A DNA stretch of 64,000 bases from an uncultured Candidatus Saccharibacteria bacterium (GCA_964623775.1 CAZUVH010000001.1:155745-219744); one strand, 5' to 3'; positions 30,351 to 43,840 are shown, counted from the first letter of the stretch. Numbers and translations: made by a program. Notes: generated by a model not told the origin, from the sequence alone.

Positions 30351-31034
30351 ATGCAAACACGTCTCATTCTCGGCGCATTATTGGCAGTCCTGCTCGTTAC
30401 GGGCTCGTACCTCGTATTGAGTAAGAGCGGTTCAAGCCCAGAACAAACGATGGATGTCGCAACTACGACTACGCAGGGCAGTGTTCTGGGAGGAATAAAC
30501 ATGGCTGGCAACGGCAAAATAGAGCTTGTGAGCGAATCAAACGGCCCCACTGGTGACGACATGAACCGACTGATCCAAAAGGGAACCGACTACAAAAAGG
30601 CTGGCGACTACGCGAATGCCGCAAAGACCTGGGAGTCTGTATCGAGTATGTGGCCGCAAAATATTATTTCCTTCAACAATCTCGGCGATCTCTACATGAA
30701 TTATCTGAAGGATTATCCAAAAGCAGAGAAAAATTATTTACAGCACATCACGAATAGATCCGATGATCCCAATGCATACCGCACGCTTTTTGAGCTCTAC
30801 ACGACCACGTCCTACAAGCCGAGTAGTACAGCGGCCGAAGACATTTTGAAAAAGGGAATTGCAAACAACACACAAGCGTACGATCTCAATATTCTCTTGG
30901 CGCGTTACTACAAGGCGGCAGGCCGCACAGCAGAGGCAAAGGCGCAGTACGATCTCGCAATAGGAATCGTTACGAGGCAGGGCAACGCCAGTTTGGCTGC
31001 GCAGATCGACGAGGAGGCCAAGAGCGCACAGTAG
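30351..31034 (+). CDS. Membrane-anchored TPR protein
   Basis: N-terminal TM; repeated TPR-like helices (NNLGDLY...KDYPKAEKNY). Confidence 0.85.
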   Translation: MQTRLILGALLAVLLVTGSYLVLSKSGSSPEQTMDVATTTTQGSVLGGINMAGNGKIELVSESNGPTGDDMNRLIQKGTDYKKAGDYANAAKTWESVSSMWPQNIISFNNLGDLYMNYLKDYPKAEKNYLQHITNRSDDPNAYRTLFELYTTTSYKPSSTAAEDILKKGIANNTQAYDLNILLARYYKAAGRTAEAKAQYDLAIGIVTRQGNASLAAQIDEEAKSAQ

Positions 31035-31071
31035 AAGATTTGCTGCTTTTTCGACGAGTTACAATAGATTG

Positions 31072-31236
31072 ATGGATTCGCCAGTCAATTCATTTCTCCG
31101 ATTTTTCGCTGGTTTTGTGCTTTTCATTTCTTTAAGCTTCGGGATTACTTTTACGGTCAATTCCTACACGACGAAGCAGGACGTGCAGCACGCAGCGGCG
31201 GCCGCGCGGACGCTCATGCTTGAGCAACAAAAGTGA
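31072..31236 (+). CDS. Small single-TM protein, 54 aa (below the ORF-track cutoff)
   Basis: MDSPVNSFLRFFAGFVLFISLSFGITFTV...; TACAAT 6 nt before ATG. Confidence 0.6.
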   Translation: MDSPVNSFLRFFAGFVLFISLSFGITFTVNSYTTKQDVQHAAAAARTLMLEQQK

Positions 31237-31360
31237 AAGGTAAACCTTTACTTGCTGTGTCGCTCGGAAATGTGAGCGCGCGTGCTCACATTTCACTCGC
31301 TATTCTCGCAAGACAAGTGCCAGGGAGACCCTGGCACAGGTTGAATGTTCAATCTTGGAC

Positions 31361-31633
31361 TCAATCTTGCAGACGCTGACCCTGCTTCTTGGGCATGAGA
31401 TCAAGCTCACCAAGCCTACGCCGCATATCCACTGCCGCCCGAAGGTCGAGCTTACGGATACACTTATCGCCGTTGATCACGTCGCCCGCCAAAAGGTAGT
31501 TGAGCGCCTCATGAGCAGAGGCACGCATCTCCGCTGCGTTTCGGATTGTATTTGCACCATCCGGGAAGCGCGCGTCGATAAACGTGCGCATCCTCAATAT
31601 TCTCTCACTGACGCGCTTGTCGGCTTCTGTCAT
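31361..31633 (-). CDS. Hypothetical protein (SD-led orphan)
   Basis: AGGAG upstream of MTEADKR; hairpin at 31317-31337 downstream. Confidence 0.5.
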   Translation of the reverse strand: MTEADKRVSERILRMRTFIDARFPDGANTIRNAAEMRASAHEALNYLLAGDVINGDKCIRKLDLRAAVDMRRRLGELDLMPKKQGQRLQD

Positions 31634-31761
31634 GCACCGCTCCTGCCCAAGTTGCTTTCTGCAAGGGTGATTCCTTGCCGGTCGCATTAAACACCACTCA
31701 GGTGAATGGGGAGTGAACCGGGAGTTGACTCTGTGCAAAAGGTGCGTAGAATGCACCGCAA

Positions 31762-31836
31762 CAGGCTAGAGACAGCGAGCAGGAGTAGGGAAACCTACCC
31801 GTCAGACTTGCCGAGGTCGTACTCCGAGCCCTGTTA
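31762..31836 (+). promoter_or_regulatory. L10 leader (rplJ autoregulatory RNA)
   Basis: AGACAGCGAG...CTTGCCGAGGT kink-turn-like motif inside an ACAGG/CCTGT stem, just upstream of rplJ. Confidence 0.7.
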
Positions 31837-31859
31837 GAAAAAGTAAACGTATTTTTGGC

Positions 31860-32351
31860 ATGGCAAAAACATTAGATCAGAAGAAGGAGATTGTGGCGAA
31901 GATCGAGGGCGCACTCAAAGGTGCTGCTTCTGCGGTTTTCGTACACTTCTCCAAGATCACGGTCGCCGAAGAGTCCCAGATGCGTCGCGCTCTGCGCGCC
32001 GAATCGGTAGGCTACACGGTGGCAAAAAAGACGCTTATCCGTCGCGCGCTCTCGGGCTTGGGACACAAGCACGATGACATCCAGATGGATGGGGAAGTCG
32101 CTGTCGCATACGGCGGCAACGACGAAACCGCCGTTGCACGCTTGGTCCACGAGTTCGGAAAGAAATTTACCGACAAACTTACAATCCTCGGGGGTATCTT
32201 CGAGGGTAAGATCGTAGGAAAAGAGGCGATGGTACAGATCGCGACGATCCCGCCGATGCAGACGCTTCGCGCTATGTTTGCGCAGGTGATCAATTCGCCG
32301 CGTCAGCGTTTTGCAATGGTCTTGAGTGAGGTAGCGAAGAAAAAAAATTAA
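31860..32351 (+). CDS. rplJ: 50S ribosomal protein L10
   Basis: [17 protein letters not shown] and IATIP; adjacent to rplL. Confidence 0.95.
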   Translation: MAKTLDQKKEIVAKIEGALKGAASAVFVHFSKITVAEESQMRRALRAESVGYTVAKKTLIRRALSGLGHKHDDIQMDGEVAVAYGGNDETAVARLVHEFGKKFTDKLTILGGIFEGKIVGKEAMVQIATIPPMQTLRAMFAQVINSPRQRFAMVLSEVAKKKN

Positions 32352-32373
32352 TAGCAAAAATTATTACAACGAT

Positions 32374-32736
32374 ATGACACAGGATCAAATCATCGAAGCA
32401 GTAGAGAAGATGACAGTCGTCGAACTCAACACGCTCGTGAAAGCAATTGAAGAGAAGTGGGGAGTCTCGGCAGCGGCTGTAGCCGTCGCCGGCCCTGCAG
32501 CAGGAGGCGCCGCAGCGGAAGAGAAGTCTGAGTTCGATGCAGAGCTCGCATCTTTTGGTGAACAAAAGATCGCCGTTATCAAGGTGGTAAAGGAAGCGCT
32601 CGCTCTCGGTCTCGCGGAAGCGAAGACCATGGTAGAGGGTGCTCCGGTCATGCTCAAGACGGGCATGAAGAAGGAAGATGCTGAGGCTTTGAAAAAGAAA
32701 ATCGAGGAAGCAGGCGGAAAAGTAACCTTGAAGTAA
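32374..32736 (+). CDS. rplL: 50S ribosomal protein L7/L12
   Basis: [25 protein letters not shown] and GLAEAK. Confidence 0.98.
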   Translation: MTQDQIIEAVEKMTVVELNTLVKAIEEKWGVSAAAVAVAGPAAGGAAAEEKSEFDAELASFGEQKIAVIKVVKEALALGLAEAKTMVEGAPVMLKTGMKKEDAEALKKKIEEAGGKVTLK

Positions 32737-32980
32737 AACTTCAAGATCACTTTTCGCCTGCGTGAGTGGGGTCGGGAGAACATTTGTTCTCCCGCGCAGG
32801 AAAGCAGAAAAGAATCCGCTTCGGCGGATTCTTTTCGTTGAAAACCGTCGGTTTTCAAGGAGTCGCGAATCATTTCGCGACGACGGCTGGTGGGAAGGTA
32901 ACTCACAAATAATCCTCATAACTAAAGTTATCAACAAAACGACCCCTCACGGGGTCGTTTTGGTACGTTAGAATTCAAGT

Positions 32981-33556
32981 ATGGCCAGTGATTTTTTGGG
33001 TGAATTTATCGGCAATCAGAATCGTGCAAAGCTCCTCCGTGTCTTTGCAATCAATCAGCCCCAATCATTTACGATCTTGCAGGCAGCAAAGCGCAGCGGT
33101 CTTTCCACCAAAACGGCTCTTGAAGAGATCCGCGATCTCGAAAAGACCGGTCTCGTACGGAAGGGGAAGCAGAAGGAGCTCGCCTGGACCTTTAACGTAA
33201 ATTTCAAATACGCTGCCGCTATCTCCAAATTCGTTCATGAGGTGACGCCGATGCGTTATGACAACGTGATTCTGGCCATTCGCCGCTCGGGAAGACCGAC
33301 TGCCGTGATCCTCTCTGGCTGTTTCGTAGGCGACCCGACGAGGCCGACCGATATCATCATTGCAGCCGACGGTCTCAATCAGGACAAGCTTGAGAAGGTT
33401 GTGAGCGGCCTCGAATCTGTCTATGGACGAGAGCTTCGCTACGCTGCGTTCTCCACACCTGAGTTCCGCTATCGACTCACAGTAGAGGATCGTCTCATCC
33501 GAGATACGCTAGACTACCCGCACCTTGTTCTTCTCGACAAGACTCGAATGCTCTAG
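32981..33556 (+). CDS. HTH plus degenerate nucleotidyltransferase-fold protein
   Basis: N-terminal wHTH; VILSGCFVG...TDIIIAAD. Confidence 0.7.
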   Translation: MASDFLGEFIGNQNRAKLLRVFAINQPQSFTILQAAKRSGLSTKTALEEIRDLEKTGLVRKGKQKELAWTFNVNFKYAAAISKFVHEVTPMRYDNVILAIRRSGRPTAVILSGCFVGDPTRPTDIIIAADGLNQDKLEKVVSGLESVYGRELRYAAFSTPEFRYRLTVEDRLIRDTLDYPHLVLLDKTRML

Positions 33557-33710
33557 ATAGAAAACGGCTTATTAGAGCCGTTTTTTTGTGCTTTTTCTAT
33601 CCACATAAAGGCTTTTTTAGCGCCATTTTGAAGGTGAGCGGTGCTATCATTTATTACATAAGGGGTCGAACCCGTTATCAGCCTTATTAGTCAACATTTA
33701 ATAAAATCAT

Positions 33711-34403
33711 ATGATAGTTACGCAATCAGCAAACGTAATCCAGACGTCCTTTACGGACCTATGGTTCACGGTAATCCAGTATTTGCCTGCGATTTTGGCC
33801 GCAGTCATCGTTTTCGTAATCGGCTGGATCGTCGGCACAATCCTCTACCGCGTGGTTGTTGAAGTCGTGAAGGTCCTCCGCATTGATGACGCACTTAAGG
33901 CCGCTGGCCTTAATGATGCAGCCAAGAGCGCAGGCTTTACGCTCGACATCGGACGATTCCTCGGAACCCTCGTAATGTGGTTCGTGATGATCGTCTTCTT
34001 GGTAGCGGCGCTCGACATCCTCGGCCTCAGCAGGGTGACCATTTTCCTGCAGCAGGTTGTCCTCTTGTACTTGCCGCAAGTCATCGTCGCAGTCCTCATC
34101 TTGATCCTCGCGGCAGTCGTCGCAGAGGTCGTGAAGGGACTCGTGACCGGCTCGGCACGCGCATTTGGCGCACACACCGGCAATTTGGCCGGCTCTGTCG
34201 CCAAGTGGGCCATCTGGCTTTTCGCCGTCATCGCAGCTCTCACACAGCTCGGTATCGCGACGGAAATGCTCCAGACGCTTTTCACCGGCATCGTTATCGC
34301 ACTTGCGCTCGCCTTTGGCCTCGCCTTTGGCCTAGGCGGCAAGGAAGCAGCTGCCAGCACGATCTCAAAGCTCCGCTCGGAGATCGCCCATCATCACGAC
34401 TAA
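33711..34403 (+). CDS. TM-helix repeat protein (MscS/CmpX-like)
   Basis: YLPAILAAVIVFVIGW repeats; LAFGLAFGLGGK. Confidence 0.85.
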   Translation: MIVTQSANVIQTSFTDLWFTVIQYLPAILAAVIVFVIGWIVGTILYRVVVEVVKVLRIDDALKAAGLNDAAKSAGFTLDIGRFLGTLVMWFVMIVFLVAALDILGLSRVTIFLQQVVLLYLPQVIVAVLILILAAVVAEVVKGLVTGSARAFGAHTGNLAGSVAKWAIWLFAVIAALTQLGIATEMLQTLFTGIVIALALAFGLAFGLGGKEAAASTISKLRSEIAHHHD

Positions 34404-34504
34404 TTTTCACAGCGTGTTGAAAACGAAGCCGCCCCAAAAGGGCGGCTTCGTCGTTTATGTGATTTTTTCAAATTAAAAAGAAGCCAATTTGATACAATAG
34501 CCGT

Positions 34505-35206
34505 ATGCAAGCAGTAATCATGGCCGCAGGGCGGGGGACACGGATGCGTGAACTCACGGATCACACACCGAAGCCGCTTCTCATGGTGGCGGGTAAGACA
34601 CTACTCGAGCACCAGCTCGATATCATGCCGCAGGAGGTAGACGAGGTGATCATTGTCATCGGATACCTTGGCGACATGATCAAGCAAAAATTCGGCGATG
34701 AGTACGACGGCATTCGCCTCAAGTACGTGGAACAAAAGACGCTCGATGGCACCGGTGGCGCGCTCGCTCTTGCAAAGCCGTTCCTCAAAGATTCTTTTAT
34801 CGTCACGTCGGCCGACAATATCTTTGACGCTGAAGACGTGAAGGAGGCATCGTGCTACCCATGGGCGATCGTTGGGTTTGAAGTCGACGATCTCGGCAAC
34901 GCCGCAAAGATGGTCGTCGATTCATCGGATCGTGTCGTCGACATTCTCGAAGTGGGGCACAACGACCGCAGCCCAGGATTTTTGAACACCGGATTGTACT
35001 GCCTCGACATGCGCTACTTCGATTATCCACCTGTACCGAAAGCACCGGGAAGCAGCGAGTACGGCCTACCCCAAACCATCGTCGCGTCTGGCGTAGACCT
35101 CCACCTCGTAAAGGCAAAATTCTGGATTGAGATTACCGCCCCCGAAGACCTCAAAAAAGCCGAAGAAATTTTGAAAGAAAGGGCAGGCGCTGTAATGACA
35201 AAATAA
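34505..35206 (+). CDS. Sugar-phosphate nucleotidyltransferase
   Basis: AVIMAAGRGTRM...PKPLL and DGTGGAL. Confidence 0.9.
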   Translation: MQAVIMAAGRGTRMRELTDHTPKPLLMVAGKTLLEHQLDIMPQEVDEVIIVIGYLGDMIKQKFGDEYDGIRLKYVEQKTLDGTGGALALAKPFLKDSFIVTSADNIFDAEDVKEASCYPWAIVGFEVDDLGNAAKMVVDSSDRVVDILEVGHNDRSPGFLNTGLYCLDMRYFDYPPVPKAPGSSEYGLPQTIVASGVDLHLVKAKFWIEITAPEDLKKAEEILKERAGAVMTK

Positions 35207-35292
35207 GCCCTGATTTCTGGGCGGAGTCACCCCCTCGGGAAGCCCTAAAAAGACGAGGTTTTGAGGGCTGAAAGGGGAGATGGGGTGAAGAT

Positions 35293-35321
35293 TTGACAAT
35301 CTATATATAGAAGACTATACT
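35293..35321 (+). promoter_or_regulatory. sigma70 promoter of the 23S-5S unit
   Basis: TTGACA-17 bp-TATACT; boxA-like GCTCGTTGAAAACTGAA near 35437. Confidence 0.85.
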
Positions 35322-35749
35322 CCCCCCTACATATGGTAATTACGTCTAGTCGAAAGAAGCGGCAAAAGTAGCCTGTCTCACGACTCGCTGCCCAAGGCCG
35401 CTACTAAGCGGCTTTTTTCGTGAAAACCATATTGTTGCTCGTTGAAAACTGAAGAGCGAAAAACAAAAATAAACTTCGATCCGAAAGGGTCGAAGACAAT
35501 CAACAATGTTCCATCAGGTTCTCCATGCGAACAGCATGAAGGTCTTTCCTGGTGGAGCACAGGAAATTGTATCGTTGCATTGCAACGATGCGTTTGGTTC
35601 GCTCGGTCGACATGAAAGTAAAACTTTCCTGCGACCTCGCTGCCAAACGTAAAATAACCAAAGCAAAGTAGGTTCGCCGCACCTATTCAAAAAAGTGGAA
35701 GTCTTGCCGTTAGACAGCGGTGAGCACAAAAGGTTTTTCTGCACCTTTT

Positions 35750-35779
35750 TCCGCCCAAGGCGGATCCGCCTATGGCGGA
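35750..35779. repeat. 30-bp double-hairpin element, second copy
   Basis: TCCGCC-caa-GGCGGA-TCCGCC-tat-GGCGGA. Confidence 0.85.
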
Positions 35780-35855
35780 CAAAAAAGCGGGAGAAAACAA
35801 AGTCTCGTCACCTAGACAGTGACGAGCAATACGCGGTTCTTAGAATTCCTAGAGG

Positions 35856-38812
<2,957 letters not shown>

Positions 38813-38920
38813 TCTAAAGGAATTTTGGGAGTCGCGTAATTGTTTTCAAAAATTATTTTTGTGTTTCGCCTTCAGTTTTCAGCGAACAAATCGCTGATCT
38901 TTGGATATTCGAATGTTTTG

Positions 38921-39027
38921 TGTTGGTGGTTTGGCGGAGATGTTACACCCGTTCTCATTCCGAACACGGCAGTTAAGCTCTCCTGCGCCGATGGTAGTCG
39001 TAAGGCAAGAGTAGGTCGCCGCCAACA
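38921..39027 (+). rRNA. rrf: 5S rRNA (short, about 107 nt)
   Basis: CCCGTTCTCATTCCGAACACGG and GCCGATGGTAG...GAGTAGGTCGCCGCCA. Confidence 0.93.
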
Positions 39028-39041
39028 CAAAGTATTTGAAT

Positions 39042-39072
39042 GAAACAGCCCCGCCTTTGGCGGGGCTGTTTC
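39042..39072 (+). terminator. rRNA unit terminator
   Basis: GAAACAGCCCCGCC-ttt-GGCGGGGCTGTTTC. Confidence 0.8.
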
Positions 39073-39088
39073 GCGCTATACTTTTTCT

Positions 39089-39331
39089 ATGGGCATCGAA
39101 GGTCAAAAGAGAAAGGGGGCAGAGATGGCCGCGCGAGCAGCGCTTCAGGCGGCAGTTCTCGCAGCGACGATGCTTTCAGGTCCAGGGGACACCATGGCAG
39201 GGAAGAGAGAGGCTACCATAAAGTCATTTGAATCGAAAAATTCCAAGGCGATCAGGCCTGGAGCCGTGGCGGAGGATGTGCCAAAAGATGATCCGAAAGA
39301 ACCAAATGTGAAGTTCAGGATTCGCGAGTAA
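39089..39331 (+). CDS. Hypothetical protein
   Basis: 80-aa ORF with TATACT 6 nt before ATG. Confidence 0.5.
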   Translation: MGIEGQKRKGAEMAARAALQAAVLAATMLSGPGDTMAGKREATIKSFESKNSKAIRPGAVAEDVPKDDPKEPNVKFRIRE

Positions 39332-39356
39332 CGGTTCTACCTATATAATCTAAAGC

Positions 39357-40139
39357 ATGTCATGGGCAATGCGGCGTCGAGTTTTGTATACGATCGGCGT
39401 ACTCATTTTTTTAGGAGTTGTCACGAGCATACCGCTCGCCATCATTCTGCATGAGGAGCCCACGTGTTTTGATGGCATCCTGAATCAGGGGGAGACATCA
39501 CCCGATCATGGTGGGCCATGCATCTTACTCGATGAAAATTCAATAACACCGATCGCTAATATCTTTGCGCGCGCGTTTCACGTAAAAGACGGGACGTATG
39601 CCGCAGTCGCATATATAGAAAATCCGAACTCCGGCGCTGGGGTGGAAAAAGTGAAGTATCGAATGGCGCTCTACGACAGCGAGAATGTGCTTGTGGCTGA
39701 GCGTGTCAATACGACACCTATCATGCCTGGAGGCATCACGCCGGTCTTTGAAGGCGGCATCGACACGGGAAACAGATTTGCTGCCCGTACCATTTTTCAA
39801 TTCGTAGAACAGCCGGTATGGATGCGCATGAAAAATGTGGCGAGCGTCGTCACTGTCACCCGCGATCCGGTCGTTGACCAGAACACGACGCCACGCCTCA
39901 ATGCGAAGGTAGAAAATACGTCCGTAGCCGATATCCAAGATCTCACCTTTGTAGCGGTCATATTCGATCCCGCAGGCAATGCATTTGCCGCATCACAGAC
40001 AGCGCTCGATCGTCTCAATACGAAGGAGAAAAAAGACATTGTCTTTACATGGCCCAGTCCGTTCGAGACTGTTGTTGGTCGCATCGACATCTTCCCGGTC
40101 CATACACCCGTGATTGCGCCTCTCAAGACTGCTCAGTAA
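39357..40139 (+). CDS. Membrane-anchored protein with FxLYD-like domains
   Basis: TM, CFDGILNQGE..PDHGGPC and YRMALYDSEN. Confidence 0.8.
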   Translation: MSWAMRRRVLYTIGVLIFLGVVTSIPLAIILHEEPTCFDGILNQGETSPDHGGPCILLDENSITPIANIFARAFHVKDGTYAAVAYIENPNSGAGVEKVKYRMALYDSENVLVAERVNTTPIMPGGITPVFEGGIDTGNRFAARTIFQFVEQPVWMRMKNVASVVTVTRDPVVDQNTTPRLNAKVENTSVADIQDLTFVAVIFDPAGNAFAASQTALDRLNTKEKKDIVFTWPSPFETVVGRIDIFPVHTPVIAPLKTAQ

Positions 40140-40144
40140 AGGTT

Positions 40145-41293
40145 ATGCCCACGATGATGGCCAGGTACAGTGGGTTTCGGTTGTTCTCGCACATCGATTG
40201 GTTCATTTTTCTCCCCGCCCTCACCATTTCGCTCCTGGGGCTCGTCACGATGTACTCGTTCTCGCAGGCCAATGCATTTTTCGACAAGCAGATGATATGG
40301 ATCTGTATCGCGATCGGGGTATTTTTCATCACGAGCATGCCGGAATACACCTTTTTGCGCCGCACGTCGATCATTGTCGCTCTGTATGTCGTTACCCTGA
40401 CGCTACTGGCACTGATTTTTTTCTTCGCATCCATCGTCAAGGGCGCGCAGAACAGATTTAGTCTGGGATTATTCGCGGTGCAACCATCAGACCCGACCAA
40501 GCTTATCCTCGTGATGTTGCTCTCGAAATATTTTGCCCGCCGCCATATCGAAATCGCGCACATACGGCACATACTTCTCTCTGGTGCGTATACTTTCGTC
40601 GCGTTCGTACTCGTGTTCTTGCAGCCCGACTTCGGATCATCCATCATTATTTTCTGGATCTGGTTTGGGCTTGTACTCGTCTCCGGCATTTCGTGGAAGC
40701 ATCTTGCGACACTTCTCATTACCATCGTCGTCGTGTTCGGAGCCCTCTGGCAATGGGGATTTCATCAATACCAAAAACAGCGCATTTTGACGTTTATCCA
40801 TCCACTCACCGATATACATGGCACAGGGTACAACGCGTATCAGGCGACGGTCGCCGTCGGCTCAGGCGAGACGCTTGGCAAGGGGATCGGGTATGGCACA
40901 CAAAGCAAACTGCAATTTCTGCCGGAGTATCAGACAGATTTTATTTTTGCCGCATACGCCGAAGAATGGGGGTTTTTTGGCGTCGTTCTGCTCTTCGGAC
41001 TCTTCTCTCTTCTCATTGTGAGGATACTCATGACCGCCTCCCAAGCAGGGGATAATTTCAGTCTATTCATTTCGACCGGGGTTGCTATTTATTTCGTCGC
41101 GCAATTTACCGTGCATGTAGGCATGAATATGGGACTACTGCCCATCACGGGCACCACGCTTCCATTCATGAGTTACGGAGGGTCGCACCTCGTTACCGAA
41201 TTCGCTGCGCTCGGTGTCCTTATGGGTCTTAGGCGTCATGCAAGACCTGCAATCGATGCTCGTGACGAGACATCACTTATAGGGGTATCATAA
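40145..41293 (+). CDS. rodA: Rod shape-determining protein RodA (SEDS family)
   Basis: QPSD, LQPDFGS, LPEYQTDFIFA, EEWGF and TLPFMSYGGS. Confidence 0.92.
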   Translation: MPTMMARYSGFRLFSHIDWFIFLPALTISLLGLVTMYSFSQANAFFDKQMIWICIAIGVFFITSMPEYTFLRRTSIIVALYVVTLTLLALIFFFASIVKGAQNRFSLGLFAVQPSDPTKLILVMLLSKYFARRHIEIAHIRHILLSGAYTFVAFVLVFLQPDFGSSIIIFWIWFGLVLVSGISWKHLATLLITIVVVFGALWQWGFHQYQKQRILTFIHPLTDIHGTGYNAYQATVAVGSGETLGKGIGYGTQSKLQFLPEYQTDFIFAAYAEEWGFFGVVLLFGLFSLLIVRILMTASQAGDNFSLFISTGVAIYFVAQFTVHVGMNMGLLPITGTTLPFMSYGGSHLVTEFAALGVLMGLRRHARPAIDARDETSLIGVS

Positions 41294-41302
41294 AAGACAT
41301 TA

Positions 41303-42457
41303 TTATTTCCGCGCGTACAACTCAAGTGTTTGTTGCACCATTGTGCCGAGAGGGAAGCGCGGCGCGTTTCTGAGTGGGGCAGCGGAGTCGTGTTTGCCAT
41401 CTCGTACTTTTCGGAGGCCATCGGCAATTGCAAACCCGTTGCCAGGGCGTACGAGCCGTACGTTTTCGTAGCGCTCCTTTATTTCCGGATTCACGACATC
41501 GGTCGCGACGATAGGAATACCGCTTTCTCCTGCCTCAAGAAGGACGTATGGCATACCCTCCTTGATCGACGGTAGCAAAAAAGCATCGAAGGCGCGTAGA
41601 TACAGGCATGCATTTTCCACGAAGCCAACGAAGAAAACCTTATCATCGAGCCGGTGGATCTTAACGAAGGACTCCAGAGATTTGCGCTCCTCTCCTTCGC
41701 CCATCACGATATATACAAAGTTGTCGGACGTATCTCTACGCAAATGGATCATGGCATCGAGCCCATACTGCACGCCCTTGTTTGCCGTAAGCTCGGCAAT
41801 AGTAACGATCCGTATGGACTCAGGTGTGCATCTTTCGGGGGGAACCATCTTCTGCAATTCTTGTAGCGCTTGTTCCTTTGAAAGATACTCGGGCGTACCG
41901 ATACCGATGGGGATATAGTGAATCTTTTCCGCGATTCCCGGCATTTTTCGCCCCATCTCCTCGTCTATCTTGGAAACAACAATGACCGCATCAGAAAGAT
42001 ACGCAGTAAGCCAGCTGAAAGCGTAAAAAATATTGCGCGAGATGAAACCGCGCTTTTCCTTGAAGGGCCAGCCGTGCACCGTAAAGATGATGCGAGGGAC
42101 ACGGGCGAGTCGTGCTGCAAGAACGCCGAGTACGCCAGCCTTTGAACTATTGAGATGTACCACCTCCGGCTTTTCTGACCGAATGCACTCAAGCATCTCA
42201 AAGAATCCCAAGAAATCGGCTATCGGGATTACGTCGCGCACGAGTGCCCCGAGCGAATGCGTTTTAATCTGCAGTTTTTCAAGCTCTTGCGAAAGCCGCC
42301 CGGAATCGCCAAAGGCGACGACGGGCTCGTATTCAGTGTTCGCGAGCGAGCGAGCGAGGTCAAAAACGTACCTTTGGGCGCCCCCCCAGGTGCCTTTTGT
42401 GACTACAAATAAGACCTTTCGCTTTTGTTGGCCGTTTTGCTCCATAGGTTGATTCAT
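41303..42457 (-). CDS. Glycosyltransferase family 4
   Basis: WGGAQRYVFDL, HLNSSKAG, FTVHG and EGMPYVLLEA. Confidence 0.92.
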   Translation of the reverse strand: MNQPMEQNGQQKRKVLFVVTKGTWGGAQRYVFDLARSLANTEYEPVVAFGDSGRLSQELEKLQIKTHSLGALVRDVIPIADFLGFFEMLECIRSEKPEVVHLNSSKAGVLGVLAARLARVPRIIFTVHGWPFKEKRGFISRNIFYAFSWLTAYLSDAVIVVSKIDEEMGRKMPGIAEKIHYIPIGIGTPEYLSKEQALQELQKMVPPERCTPESIRIVTIAELTANKGVQYGLDAMIHLRRDTSDNFVYIVMGEGEERKSLESFVKIHRLDDKVFFVGFVENACLYLRAFDAFLLPSIKEGMPYVLLEAGESGIPIVATDVVNPEIKERYENVRLVRPGNGFAIADGLRKVRDGKHDSAAPLRNAPRFPLGTMVQQTLELYARK

Positions 42458-42487
42458 ATCCTCGCGTCTGACATGATACCTAATAAT

Positions 42488-43840
42488 ATGACACTTGTGC
42501 CAAAGCGTGAGTACCTCCTCCTTCTCCTGGGGGATATTGCCGTATTTGCGATAGCGTTGTGGTTTACGCTCGTGCTTCGCCTCCTCACCTTTCCACCATT
42601 TGATTTCTTCTGGATGCACCTGGTGCCGTTCTCGCTGCTCTTTATATCGTGGGTTGTCGTATTCTTTCTTGCCGGACTCTATGGCAGACATACGCGTCTC
42701 TTCAAAAGCAGACTTTTACCGACAATTCTCTATGCACAGATCATAAACGTCGTAATTGCGGCACTCTTTTTCTTCTTCGTTCCTGCCTTCGGCATCGCGC
42801 CAAAGACCATACTCTTCTTGTATTTGTGGATCTCGTTTCCTCTCATTGTCGTGTGGCGTGTCGCCCTTTTTCCTCATTTGCGCACCTCGCGCAAACTCAA
42901 AGGCGTACTTCTTGCTTCAGGGCCCGACGCGAAGGCGCTCGCAGAAGAGGTCGCGGAAGGTCGGTATACATTTTCGTTCCACTACATCATCGACACAGCA
43001 TCAGCTCCTACGCACCAGATCATTCAGCAGGTCCTGCGTGTAGCAGAAGAAGACGACATCACGTTCCTTGTGGTCGATTTTTCAGACAAATCGGTTTCTG
43101 CAGCGTTGCCCATCATGTATGATGCAGCGTTCCACAAGCACCGCTTTGCACTCCTCGATGTCATTGAGCTCTACCAGGAGCTTTTTGATCGCGAACCTCT
43201 CTCACTCATCAACTACGAGTGGGTGCTCGGCAATATCAGCGCATCTCGTATATATGACACGGTGAAGCGTGCGATCGACATCGCAGGGGCGATCGTCCTC
43301 GGTATTCTCTCGCTCGTTTTTTACCCCTTTGTCATGCTCGCCATTTGGCTCGACGACGGCGGCGATTACTTCATCACGCAGGTTCGTGTCGGAAGGTTCC
43401 AGCAGCCGATCAAGATCATCAAATTCAGGAGCATGAGCGGCAATGACGAGGGTGCATACGATCAGAGTGGCAAAACCAAACTTAAAGTCACGCGGGTGGG
43501 GAGGTGGTTGCGCGTCTTGCGCATCGATGAGTTGCCGCAGCTGTGGAATGTTCTCATGGGTGAACTCTCGCTCGTCGGCCCTCGTCCCGAGTTGCCCGCG
43601 CTCGTGAATCAATACAATGCGCGCATTCCGTACTACAGCGCGAGGTACCTCGTCGCACCGGGACTGATGGGGTGGGCGCAGCTCAAGCATGACCGGCACC
43701 CACACCACGGTACAGATATCATCGAGACGAAAGAAAAACTGTCCTACGACCTCTATTATCTCAAGCACCGATCGCTCCTCCTCGATATTTTCATCATTTT
43801 CCAGACTGTCCGAGTTATTTTTACAGCCCGTGGCTCGTAA
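42488..43840 (+). CDS. Polyprenyl glycosylphosphotransferase (priming sugar transferase)
   Basis: KFRSM, RIDELPQLWNVLMGELSLVGPRPE and PGLMGWAQ. Confidence 0.93.
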   Translation: MTLVPKREYLLLLLGDIAVFAIALWFTLVLRLLTFPPFDFFWMHLVPFSLLFISWVVVFFLAGLYGRHTRLFKSRLLPTILYAQIINVVIAALFFFFVPAFGIAPKTILFLYLWISFPLIVVWRVALFPHLRTSRKLKGVLLASGPDAKALAEEVAEGRYTFSFHYIIDTASAPTHQIIQQVLRVAEEDDITFLVVDFSDKSVSAALPIMYDAAFHKHRFALLDVIELYQELFDREPLSLINYEWVLGNISASRIYDTVKRAIDIAGAIVLGILSLVFYPFVMLAIWLDDGGDYFITQVRVGRFQQPIKIIKFRSMSGNDEGAYDQSGKTKLKVTRVGRWLRVLRIDELPQLWNVLMGELSLVGPRPELPALVNQYNARIPYYSARYLVAPGLMGWAQLKHDRHPHHGTDIIETKEKLSYDLYYLKHRSLLLDIFIIFQTVRVIFTARGS

